Shown here one piece after another: positions 38,013 through 46,583 of a stretch of 64,000 bases of DNA (positions within the stretch are counted from its first letter, which is position 1; every line of letters starts with the position of its first letter). The stretch is taken from NCBI GenBank assembly GCA_033851915.1, contig JAWSVM010000002.1, positions 3,742 to 67,741 on the forward strand, written 5' to 3'. Origin of the DNA: Alphaproteobacteria bacterium (GTDB lineage: Bacteria; Pseudomonadota; Alphaproteobacteria; Micavibrionales; Micavibrionaceae). The notes under the pieces are model-generated. The model was not told the DNA's origin and did no database searches. It saw only the letters and a program-made list of their open reading frames with translations. Both the position numbers and the translations under genes were made by a program.

Positions 38013-39415
38013 CGACTAATCGTTTCAAACACATCAATCAAGTCCGACTGGTTTGGTGCATCATGATAGTAATCTTCCGATGTTGCGCATTCGCGGTAAA
38101 AATCTTTGGTGTTTTCATCCACGCCAGAATAGAATGTCACCGTATAAACAATGACCCCATCATTTTTCAGGTTGTCACACACATCCGCAAAACGATCATT
38201 CAAATCACTCGGCGTGATATTATGGTCTTGCGTTGGCCCATACGTCGAATAACGATAATGCATGGTGTTCACACCATCAGTCATCATCACAACGGCTTTA
38301 CGCCAATATTGGTTCGACCATTCAACACCTTCTTCAAATGGTGCTTCAGGTGAAATCACGCGATATCCCCAAACCATACCGTAATTACCATACGTATAAC
38401 CATTCGCCGTCATCGTATCGATAGCATCTTTCAACTCCGTCGGGCTTGTAACAAGCGGGGTTAATGGTGTTCTAGGGCAATAATAGTTAGGCTTGTGGTT
38501 AACATAGAAATGTTCTACCCCACCGGACCAATACGATTCCAAATCACAATACGGCGCATCACTAGAATCCCGACAATAGCGATACATATCCCACGGACCT
38601 GTATGGTCTGTCGTATCATCCGGATCATCATGCGCCAGCACACACCCCATCCAATTGTTATTATTATTAGCTGTCGTATAAGACAACCCATGTGGATTAT
38701 TAACAAACGCGGTGCCATAACTATCACCCGCCTTATCAACCCCCAGCCCATATGGCCCGACATTAACGGAAGAACTATAAGGCACGAGCCCGATTTTAAT
38801 ATAATCCGTATCCCGTGTTGCCATTCCATCCAAAGCAGATGGATCTGCAGCAGCACCGTCTTCAGGATCAATGCCATACATAATATAAACAAAGTTTGAC
38901 GCCGCATCGCGCAAAGCACCAATATTATTATTCGTACTCATAGAACCGGTATTATCCATAACCAGAACAACTTCAATCCCTTGAACTTCACGAATAACCG
39001 TTGTTGCCGCTTCAATATCAATCACAGTAATGCCCAACACGCCCAAGAACAAAGTGTCATACTGCGCCGTTCCCGTCACACGAACCTCATCCCCGACAAT
39101 CACAACACTAGGTGTAAATGTAATGCCCAGCTCTCCCGGTGGATAATTAGCATCAAAAAAATCAAGCACCTTCTGCTCAATAACCGCAGAATCTGTGGAA
39201 GATGCCGCCGCCGCCAGAGCCGCAGCGTCCAAAGCCTGTGCCAAACGTTGCTTCACAAGATAAGCCCGCGAGTAATCCAAAGACACCCCGGCAACCCCAA
39301 CCAGAATAGGTAACATCATCCCAAACATCAGCGCGATAGCACCGGATTTGTTTGACCAATATTTATGAATATTTCCCCACATATTACCCACCTGTTTCAT
39401 AACGTTTCCTTCCAT
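37982..39415 (-). CDS. tadG: TadG-like pseudopilin/pilus-associated protein with a vWA domain
   Basis: TadE/G-like N-terminal helix (GAIALMFGMMLPILVGVAGVSLDYS) and a vWA MIDAS-like VLVMDNTGSMS. Confidence 0.8.
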   Translation of the reverse strand: MEGNVMKQVGNMWGNIHKYWSNKSGAIALMFGMMLPILVGVAGVSLDYSRAYLVKQRLAQALDAAALAAAASSTDSAVIEQKVLDFFDANYPPGELGITFTPSVVIVGDEVRVTGTAQYDTLFLGVLGITVIDIEAATTVIREVQGIEVVLVMDNTGSMSTNNNIGALRDAASNFVYIMYGIDPEDGAAADPSALDGMATRDTDYIKIGLVPYSSSVNVGPYGLGVDKAGDSYGTAFVNNPHGLSYTTANNNNNWMGCVLAHDDPDDTTDHTGPWDMYRYCRDSSDAPYCDLESYWSGGVEHFYVNHKPNYYCPRTPLTPLVTSPTELKDAIDTMTANGYTYGNYGMVWGYRVISPEAPFEEGVEWSNQYWRKAVVMMTDGVNTMHYRYSTYGPTQDHNITPSDLNDRFADVCDNLKNDGVIVYTVTFYSGVDENTKDFYRECATSEDYYHDAPNQSDLIDVFETISRELSNLHIMN

Positions 39416-39448
39416 TTTTTTAATACCCAGTCCTCTGAAAAAACCTTT

Positions 39449-39979
39449 TTACTCATGCGTGATAACAGGCGTTCTCCGCCCGCGGCTAAACGCCACTTCA
39501 TTCATCGTAAAAGGCCCAGAAATAAAACTTGAAAATAATGGCGTATATACATATTTAACAGACACCATCACAACACCCTCATCCTCATCCTCTAATGCCT
39601 CTACCGCAGTAAGAGCATCAGGAAGAGAACTCATATTCACCGTCTCGCGCCATTCAATCGAACTATTTGCATCCTCATCAAAACGAATGCTAACAATATC
39701 TATACCGAAACTACTGCTATCCAACGGCTCAAATGCCAACCGTCCGGCATCTATTGCCGCTGTAACATCAGCGTTAGAAACAACACTGCTTCGTGTGATA
39801 AGGTCGGCAACGACTTGCGACGCACGCACCGTTTTCTGATTTGCCAAAATCGCATTTCCCGCATCAAATACGCCAAGAAAAAGCGTCAGCATAATCGGAA
39901 AAATCATCGCTGCTTCGACGGCCGCAACCCCTTCTTTTCCTTTAACCCATCGGGAGAATATCTTTTTCATTTGAAACAT
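39449..39979 (-). CDS. TadE/TadF-like pseudopilin
   Basis: N-terminal EGVAAVEAAMIFPIMLTLFLGVFD. Confidence 0.8.
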   Translation of the reverse strand: MFQMKKIFSRWVKGKEGVAAVEAAMIFPIMLTLFLGVFDAGNAILANQKTVRASQVVADLITRSSVVSNADVTAAIDAGRLAFEPLDSSSFGIDIVSIRFDEDANSSIEWRETVNMSSLPDALTAVEALEDEDEGVVMVSVKYVYTPLFSSFISGPFTMNEVAFSRGRRTPVITHE

Positions 39980-39981
39980 TA

Positions 39982-40503
39982 TTATGACCCCTGAAATTCA
40001 TATGGTTCTGTTTGAAGAACAATTGTGGACATAAACACCGTTGCCCCGTCCGCACCATTTAAGATTGGACCGACCAGTGGCGTTATCATTGAATATCGAT
40101 ACGATACGCGTATTAACACTTTAGAATTTGACCCACCTGCGTCGAACCCCGATGACACCATCTGGCCACCTGCATCATAAACAGGCGGCGTAAAATCACC
40201 ATATTCATCCAATGTTGTAACCTCGATCACCACGTCGTTGCAATTAATCAACACCACAGCAAATTCACAAAAAGCATCCCGAAACACCGTTTCTGGATCT
40301 TGACCGGATTGTTGAAGTTGCCCTGTTCTGATCAAGCGCGCCGCACTACCGGTTGCACCCTCCAAAAGACTGGCAGAGGTAAACATCAAGGAGAGTTCTA
40401 TAATACCAAGACACAACATAAGGTAAGGCATCAGCAACATACTAAATTCAATTGCCGTCACACCTTCTTCTTTTTTCTTCCACTTATTTAAAAAACGTCT
40501 CAT
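39982..40503 (-). CDS. TadE/TadF-like pseudopilin
   Basis: N-terminal EGVTAIEFSMLLMPYLMLCLGIIELS. ATG 40503 is preceded by an AGGTGGG RBS. Confidence 0.8.
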   Translation of the reverse strand: MRRFLNKWKKKEEGVTAIEFSMLLMPYLMLCLGIIELSLMFTSASLLEGATGSAARLIRTGQLQQSGQDPETVFRDAFCEFAVVLINCNDVVIEVTTLDEYGDFTPPVYDAGGQMVSSGFDAGGSNSKVLIRVSYRYSMITPLVGPILNGADGATVFMSTIVLQTEPYEFQGS

Positions 40504-40568
40504 GTTTAAGGTACCCACCTTTAATTCGAATTTATTTCAAATTTGTTCTTGTTTTAGCGCACAAAAAA

Positions 40569-40583
40569 AGCGGTTAACCCGCT
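40569..40583 (-). terminator. hairpin AGCGG-TTAAC-CCGCT followed on the minus strand by a T7 run
   Basis: The minus-strand reading is AGCGGGTTAACCGCTTTTTTTGTG. It lies downstream of the 4-TM gene and upstream of the tadF-like gene. Confidence 0.55.
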
Positions 40584-40716
40584 ATGTGCCGACATCGGAA
40601 ATACATTTTGCCTAAAAAAATATGCACTCGTCCATTGGATTATTGTAATACGTAAAATATAAAGAATACGTTAATAAATAAGAAAAAAAGCCCAAAACAC
40701 AGACATGCCATCACGG

Positions 40717-41226
40717 TCACTCATCATCTACACCCTCAGGATTTCCAACTTTTCCTGCGATTCCATCCCCCCAATGAGAGATTAAAAACTCCTGTTTTTT
40801 CTTAATCGCATTCATACGCGCCATCCCCTTTTGATACAAATATGAGGAAACAAGCCCCGTCACAACCCAATCAATCATATACCCAAATGCCGCAGCAACA
40901 TAGATAACCATCATAGACTGCGTATCCGTCACAATTGCCATGCTTGCATCAAAAGTGTTTTCCACCGCCCATAACTTCAAGATAAACGGAATACACCCCG
41001 CCGCATTCATCGCAACGATAGTTGATGCACGCGCACCATTGCCACGTTTTCCCATAACAAGAGCAACAATGCTGGGCAGCATTCCAACCCCCAACAGCAT
41101 AGCCGTAGGCAAAAACGCCAGCCCCAATAAAACAAACCCGATCATGAAGAGACGCCCCTTCATACTCATCTTGCCGCCGGAAGCCTTTGATTTCTTTTTC
41201 TTCTCTTTACTCTTCTTTTTCGCCAT
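40717..41226 (-). CDS. Lys-rich N-terminus, 4-TM membrane protein of unknown function
   Basis: MAKKKSKEKKKKSKASGGK is followed by four hydrophobic helices. It sits 18 nt downstream of the pseudokinase gene. Confidence 0.55.
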   Translation of the reverse strand: MAKKKSKEKKKKSKASGGKMSMKGRLFMIGFVLLGLAFLPTAMLLGVGMLPSIVALVMGKRGNGARASTIVAMNAAGCIPFILKLWAVENTFDASMAIVTDTQSMMVIYVAAAFGYMIDWVVTGLVSSYLYQKGMARMNAIKKKQEFLISHWGDGIAGKVGNPEGVDDE

Positions 41227-41244
41227 TAATGATTACACCACATT

Positions 41245-43284
41245 TTAAAAAATCCGATTACCCGAAATAAACGCCAACACAACAATGACCGTAATAACAG
41301 TAGACACCAGCCACGAAACCATCGCCGCCGCATCATGACCGTTCGTCAGCCCATATGTTTTCTTACTGGCAAGTTTCTTGTTGTATTGATTATATTCACG
41401 TTGCAATAATTTATATTCATTCATCGCAATATTAAACCCGTTCTCATCCTTCAATAACGCGTCTTCATCCTCAATTAAAGCAGACATAGAGATAAGGTCA
41501 CCCGCCTTCGCGGCAGCCCTTACATTTTCCTCAATACGTTTTCGCATAACTGTATTTTTATATATTTTATAAACCCCCGACAAAGACTCAACAAAAACAC
41601 CAGCAACAGCAGGAAGAGCTTCAACCTTAGCCCGTCGTTGTAAGGCGGCCATAAAATGTAAATTACCTGATATTTGGCGATCTTTTTCCGTACTATTAAA
41701 GTCCGGCAGAAATGTACTCATCAAACTAGAATCACGCGCCGCGAAAAAAGCCAACAGATGCTTATCCATCATCAAAGAAATCTGCCCGCCCTTCTTACAT
41801 AAAGCCTCAAACGTCAATACTGTAGATTCCGGATTATATACAAAATACCCGCGCAATTTTGGGCTAAAACAAGGTGCATCCGGACATAATGTGTAAATAC
41901 ACCGCTCTATCCCCTGCTCCAATTTTTTCCCAATCAATGCTGAACGACACGCATCATATTGCTTTAATATAGTTAACATCATTGCTTCACTCATTCCCTC
42001 CGCAACCAAAGCATAATCCAGTATATTTAAATTCAAAATCTCTTTAAAAACAGCCATGTCTTTATTTTCATGCGCCGTCTTTGCCAATATTGCGCCCATC
42101 CCGTCATAGGTGAAACACATTCCCTTATAACGTGCAGGCAACACAGGATTCAGTGCAATACCCAGATGGAAAACAAAATAATCATTATTACTTGACGCGT
42201 CATCAAAACTCGAGGCATGCTCTAACGCTTTTTCATATCGCTCAACCATTGCACTATCATCAAGAGCTTTTCTAACCCACCTATCCAAATTGCCATTTTC
42301 TATCAAAACAGAAAGCTCACCCGGGTTATGATGCAGATCAACGGCCAACAGTTCTGCAAAGAAATATTTTTTCCCATTAAGAACCAATGGCCGATTTGCC
42401 TTTTTCTTTTTCATCGAAGTTAATGGCGTTAAACGCACACCATCAAGCCATGACAAAATATCATCAACGTTCCATCTTTGTGTTTCATCATCATACAAAA
42501 CCCCCCTGAGAAGTTCCAGAAAAGAGGCCTGAAGCCGTTCTTTACCAATCAGCGTTGAATAACTCCCGAACTCGACTTTTCTACGCAGTACTTCTTCATC
42601 ACCAAGGGCAGAAAACTCATCATGCTTTCGTAAGAATAAAAATAAACTCACACCAAAAGCATAAATATCATCTTCTATCGTCCCAAAACCACGCCCCATC
42701 GGGTCTGCTAAGGCTTTATTAACAGGTAAAAACAATGGTGATTGCGAACTATGCGCCTGAACAGATAAACCGTCCCCCAACACAATCGTGTTACTGCCCG
42801 CGCCGGGAGGGCAGTATATATTAGATGGTCGAATAGAACCGTGGGAGAATCCCTTATCCCTCATATCCTTCAACATAACCACCATAGGCTCTATAAACAG
42901 CGAAACAATTTCAGGATGCCTCCAGCTAGTGCTGCCAAAGCCCCCCTCTTCAACCAAAGGCGCGCCAACCCCTCCGGTATAAATCACAACAAATTTTTCC
43001 GTATTATCCAGCGGCCAAAACACAGAGCCCGAATCAACCAGATGCATAAAAGACGCATCGTTCAAATTTTTATAAGCTGCCACAGCCGTCCATCGAGGTA
43101 AATTTTCAATGCCTGAAACAATCGCAATAAGTTTCTTCCGCTTATTAACAATACTATGTGCCTCATAAGCCAAAGCCGCCCCGTTATCAAACAGAGGCAA
43201 TCTTTTGTTTGTACTTATAACCAGCTTATTGCCAAAACTAATTTGATTTTGAGAGAGGTTGTCTGATGCACCTGATTTTGCCAT
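41245..43284 (-). CDS. tail-anchored protein with an N-terminal protein-kinase-like (apparently catalytically dead) domain
   Basis: The catalytic-loop-like GFSHGSIRPSNIY (42820-42843 encodes HGSIRPSN) replaces HRDxKxxN. LGDGLS stands in place of DFG. Subdomain IX-like DDIYAFGVSLFLFL is present. No Gly-rich loop is recognisable. A single TM lies at the extreme C-terminus. ATG 43284 has a GGGGGG RBS. Confidence 0.7.
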   Translation of the reverse strand: MAKSGASDNLSQNQISFGNKLVISTNKRLPLFDNGAALAYEAHSIVNKRKKLIAIVSGIENLPRWTAVAAYKNLNDASFMHLVDSGSVFWPLDNTEKFVVIYTGGVGAPLVEEGGFGSTSWRHPEIVSLFIEPMVVMLKDMRDKGFSHGSIRPSNIYCPPGAGSNTIVLGDGLSVQAHSSQSPLFLPVNKALADPMGRGFGTIEDDIYAFGVSLFLFLRKHDEFSALGDEEVLRRKVEFGSYSTLIGKERLQASFLELLRGVLYDDETQRWNVDDILSWLDGVRLTPLTSMKKKKANRPLVLNGKKYFFAELLAVDLHHNPGELSVLIENGNLDRWVRKALDDSAMVERYEKALEHASSFDDASSNNDYFVFHLGIALNPVLPARYKGMCFTYDGMGAILAKTAHENKDMAVFKEILNLNILDYALVAEGMSEAMMLTILKQYDACRSALIGKKLEQGIERCIYTLCPDAPCFSPKLRGYFVYNPESTVLTFEALCKKGGQISLMMDKHLLAFFAARDSSLMSTFLPDFNSTEKDRQISGNLHFMAALQRRAKVEALPAVAGVFVESLSGVYKIYKNTVMRKRIEENVRAAAKAGDLISMSALIEDEDALLKDENGFNIAMNEYKLLQREYNQYNKKLASKKTYGLTNGHDAAAMVSWLVSTVITVIVVLAFISGNRIF

Positions 43285-43516
43285 ATGCCTACCCCCCTTT
43301 TCTACAAGAAAAAGAGCCGACAAAACACGTGTAAGGTAAATGACTGACAGCAAAAATCATAAAGCAACATCCTGTTACATAATATATAATTTTAAAACGA
43401 ATTATCAAAGAAGTATAGGGCTGTGCCCGATTAATCCCGAAGTAATCATAAGCTTATCTCTTTAACGTCTGTATATCCGCTATTATCACGAGAAACAAAT
43501 CAGCAGCGCTAAGCCC

Positions 43517-45043
43517 CTACAACGCTTTCAAATCAACAACAATACGGTGGGAAGATGATATATTCGGGCGTAAAACCATTGTCCCTACGATTCTGGCTTT
43601 ATCCTTCAAACGCACTTCCAACAAGACACTCCCATCCTTTTGCTTACGCGCAATATATGTCCCAAGTAACGTGCTTCCCTTTAACTTATCCTGCGGAGAG
43701 ATATTCCAGCGTGTATTCATAAGCTTCACGCGCAAGACATTACGCAAATCATCCACAGTTACCTTATATTCCGTAACATCGCTGATCTCGATCACAACGC
43801 GGGTTTTATCAGGGTGCATCCCGCTGCGCAAATTCTTCACAAACACAACACGCTTGGAAGCACTTCCATTTTCCAAGACCTTGCGCGGCACCTTTGGCTT
43901 TATGCTTGGCACCGGAACATCAGATACAGATGGCTCATCCACATCAACGTTGGATATTCCGACCATGTCTGTCAAAGCCAGCTTAAATTCAGGTTTCTTA
44001 CTTGGCGGGCGGGCCTTAATTGGCTTCCTCTTGGGAATAACAACACCGTCAATCAATCCATCCGTGGAAGTCTTTATCGAAAGATCAGCATCCGACAATG
44101 CCATCGTGTCATAAGACGAGACAAAAGGCACAGAGGAAACAGACGGCACATATGCATCTCCAACATACGCTTGCACCACCCTTTTACGGGCAGGCATCAC
44201 AGGCGGAATAGCCACACCATCAATCATCCGCACCTTAGAGTCAGAGCGCACAAGCATTACCCCTGCTGTCTTGACCTGCTGCCCCACAGAGGCAGGCGCA
44301 GTATTTCTCCACCTGTTAGGCTTAACCTTAGGCACAATAATGCCACTATCCTCGGACACATCAACATCAAGGACATCAACCTCAAACGCCACAACAGGCG
44401 CAGGATTAAAAGCAGTAGACACAGGTGCAGGTGAAACAGGCTCAGAGGGCACCGTTTCAGGGGATGCAGACTTAAACGTCGGAAACACTTTTTGAAATAA
44501 AGACACATCGCGATTGTCTTCATCATTCTCTACAATATCGTAATCAATGCCATCATCCGGTTTTATTTGTAAAACTCGCAGTTTTCCATCCTGACCACTT
44601 TTCGCATCCGGTTTAAAATGCGGAGACAGGGACTTCATTTTCTTACGCCGCGCCGTATTCACTTTTTTCCGCGCATTCAGATGCGCTTGCGCAGGATCAT
44701 ATTCACGTCCTTTTTCAACAACATTCCAATGCCCATCCGCATCCAACAGCTCTTCACTGCTTACCTGCGCTCTTTTAGTAATCCATGCTGGCTTTCGTTC
44801 AGGCATTGGCGGCTTTTCAGCATTTCGATGTAAAACAGACTCTTCATCATTCCCCTTCCATGACGACGCCGTTGAAGGTGTTAAGGAAGATAACATATCG
44901 GAAAAAGATGATGCATAAACATAAGACGGCAAAACCAGCGTTGATAAAATACACAAACCCAAGAGCAACACCCTGACAGTATTTCTCCCGAACACCATAG
45001 AGCGCCGAGATATGGGCTGCTGAAATGTGTTATGCAATATCAT
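43517..45043 (-). CDS. secreted Pro/Lys-motif protein with a C-terminal AMIN domain
   Basis: Signal peptide (LLLGLCILSTLVLPSYVYA). Repeated P-x-(R/K)-K-P motifs. The C-terminal ~110 aa (HPDKTRVVIEISD...LEVRLKD...HRIVVDL) read like an AMIN domain. An alternative start lies at 44998. Confidence 0.68.
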   Translation of the reverse strand: MILHNTFQQPISRRSMVFGRNTVRVLLLGLCILSTLVLPSYVYASSFSDMLSSLTPSTASSWKGNDEESVLHRNAEKPPMPERKPAWITKRAQVSSEELLDADGHWNVVEKGREYDPAQAHLNARKKVNTARRKKMKSLSPHFKPDAKSGQDGKLRVLQIKPDDGIDYDIVENDEDNRDVSLFQKVFPTFKSASPETVPSEPVSPAPVSTAFNPAPVVAFEVDVLDVDVSEDSGIIVPKVKPNRWRNTAPASVGQQVKTAGVMLVRSDSKVRMIDGVAIPPVMPARKRVVQAYVGDAYVPSVSSVPFVSSYDTMALSDADLSIKTSTDGLIDGVVIPKRKPIKARPPSKKPEFKLALTDMVGISNVDVDEPSVSDVPVPSIKPKVPRKVLENGSASKRVVFVKNLRSGMHPDKTRVVIEISDVTEYKVTVDDLRNVLRVKLMNTRWNISPQDKLKGSTLLGTYIARKQKDGSVLLEVRLKDKARIVGTMVLRPNISSSHRIVVDLKAL

Positions 45044-45120
45044 ACGATAAAAACCTTACTTACTCTATTTAGTCGCGCATCAGTAATATAAATGTCAGGG
45101 CAATTACAAACGCGCCCCCA

Positions 45121-46212
45121 TTAATTACTCTTCTCTGTGCAAACCATCAAGTTTTTTATCAAACGCACATAACGTTCAGGCTTTCTGGAAACAGCCATAT
45201 GCGTCAATAACAAGGCACACCACAAAACCGTCAGCACAACAGGCGGCACGCCCATCGCGATGCCACCATAGCCAATCCCCCCCATCACAGCGACAATCAA
45301 AATAATCGCAACACAGGCACGATGCACTGAAACCCCTGCATCTATAAAATGGTGATGAAAATGCCCGCGATCAGGTGCAAATGGATCTTGCCCCGCACAA
45401 ACACGGCGATAAAACTGCGCACATGTATCAAAAATAGGAAAACCAACAATCCACGCAACAGCGATCGGTTCAATCGGCGTTGCGGGGCCACGCGCCAAAA
45501 GCACGGCAAACCACGCCAGCACAAGCCCCAAAGACATACTGCCCGCATCCCCTAGAAAAAGACTGGCTTTCCTGCGCCAAGGATTGCGTATATTAAAAAT
45601 TAAAAATCCAGCAATGCAGGCAAGCAGCACTCCCAAGACATGCGCAATCTCGAACCACCCCGACACAATACAGGCCACCATAAACCACAAAAACATCACC
45701 GCAGTGACACCGCCGGCCAACCCATCCATACCATCCATTAAATTCACAGAATTAATCAACAAGACAACTGCCACAACCGTAAGCGGATAAGACATCATCC
45801 CCGTCCAAACAACACCAAAGCCAAATAAATCACCAAGATAGGCCGCCTGAACATTGCCCATAAAGGCAATCAATACGGCAGCAAAAATGTGAATAGGAAA
45901 CTTTATTCTTGCATGTAACGAAAACTGATCATCCATAGCGCCCGAAACCAGCAAAACAACCAAAGACACATAAAGCGGCCAATAGACTTGCAAACTAACA
46001 ACACCCGACAAAACGCCAAAAATCATAAATACGGTAAAAATAATCAAACCACCAATCGGTGGAACAGCAAAATCATGATGTTTTCTGCCACCGGGTGCAT
46101 CAACAATGCCAAGCTTACAAGCCAATTTCCTAAACGGCATAACCAACACAACAACCAGCACAAACGCGATCACCGGCATAAAAAGAACTGACAAATTAAA
46201 ATGTTCAAACAT
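45121..46212 (-). CDS. glycosyltransferase family 4 (MraY/WecA-type polyprenyl-phosphate sugar-1-phosphate transferase)
   Basis: Polytopic membrane protein with GAMDDQF, NLMDGMDGLAGG and LGDAGSMSLG motifs. Confidence 0.88.
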   Translation of the reverse strand: MFEHFNLSVLFMPVIAFVLVVVLVMPFRKLACKLGIVDAPGGRKHHDFAVPPIGGLIIFTVFMIFGVLSGVVSLQVYWPLYVSLVVLLVSGAMDDQFSLHARIKFPIHIFAAVLIAFMGNVQAAYLGDLFGFGVVWTGMMSYPLTVVAVVLLINSVNLMDGMDGLAGGVTAVMFLWFMVACIVSGWFEIAHVLGVLLACIAGFLIFNIRNPWRRKASLFLGDAGSMSLGLVLAWFAVLLARGPATPIEPIAVAWIVGFPIFDTCAQFYRRVCAGQDPFAPDRGHFHHHFIDAGVSVHRACVAIILIVAVMGGIGYGGIAMGVPPVVLTVLWCALLLTHMAVSRKPERYVRLIKNLMVCTEKSN

Positions 46213-46347
46213 TATCTATCGTGGCTTCTAATCGTTTAAGAATAGCCAAGATTAACATATGGCAAATGGAACACCAGAAGCTTTTGCCTCTTATGCTATT
46301 CCATCCAGAAAATAAATTTAGGTATTTAAGTAATGATTATACTGAAC

Positions 46348-46509
46348 TTAGAGATGCGATGATATGTTCGTGAAAGTCGCGGTAATATCAACGCCAAGGG
46401 TCGCAACAACCGCACTAATGGCAAGACCGATACCCGCCGCAATCAAACCATATTCAATCGCCGTTGCACCATCATCATCAGAAAAATATTTTTTGAAAAA
46501 TTTATCCAT
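46348..46509 (-). CDS. flp: second Flp-family prepilin
   Basis: MDKFFKKYFSDDDGATAIEYGLIAAGIGLAISAVVATLGVDITATFTNISSHL. ATG 46509 has an AGGA RBS, and the ORF-track start at 46533 is less likely. Confidence 0.85.
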   Translation of the reverse strand: MDKFFKKYFSDDDGATAIEYGLIAAGIGLAISAVVATLGVDITATFTNISSHL

Positions 46510-46583
46510 AACCCCATCCTTTTCTCTATACATCTATTTATACGCCAAAAACTATAATTTTTTGTAAAGATGGAGAGCGCGAA

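Noticed and set aside
38495-38922. Pair of long overlapping ORFs (134 and 135 aa) inside tadG
   Set aside because: The 134-aa ORF is antisense and the 135-aa ORF is an out-of-frame sense reading. Neither has a recognisable motif, and the tadG frame carries clear TadG and vWA motifs.
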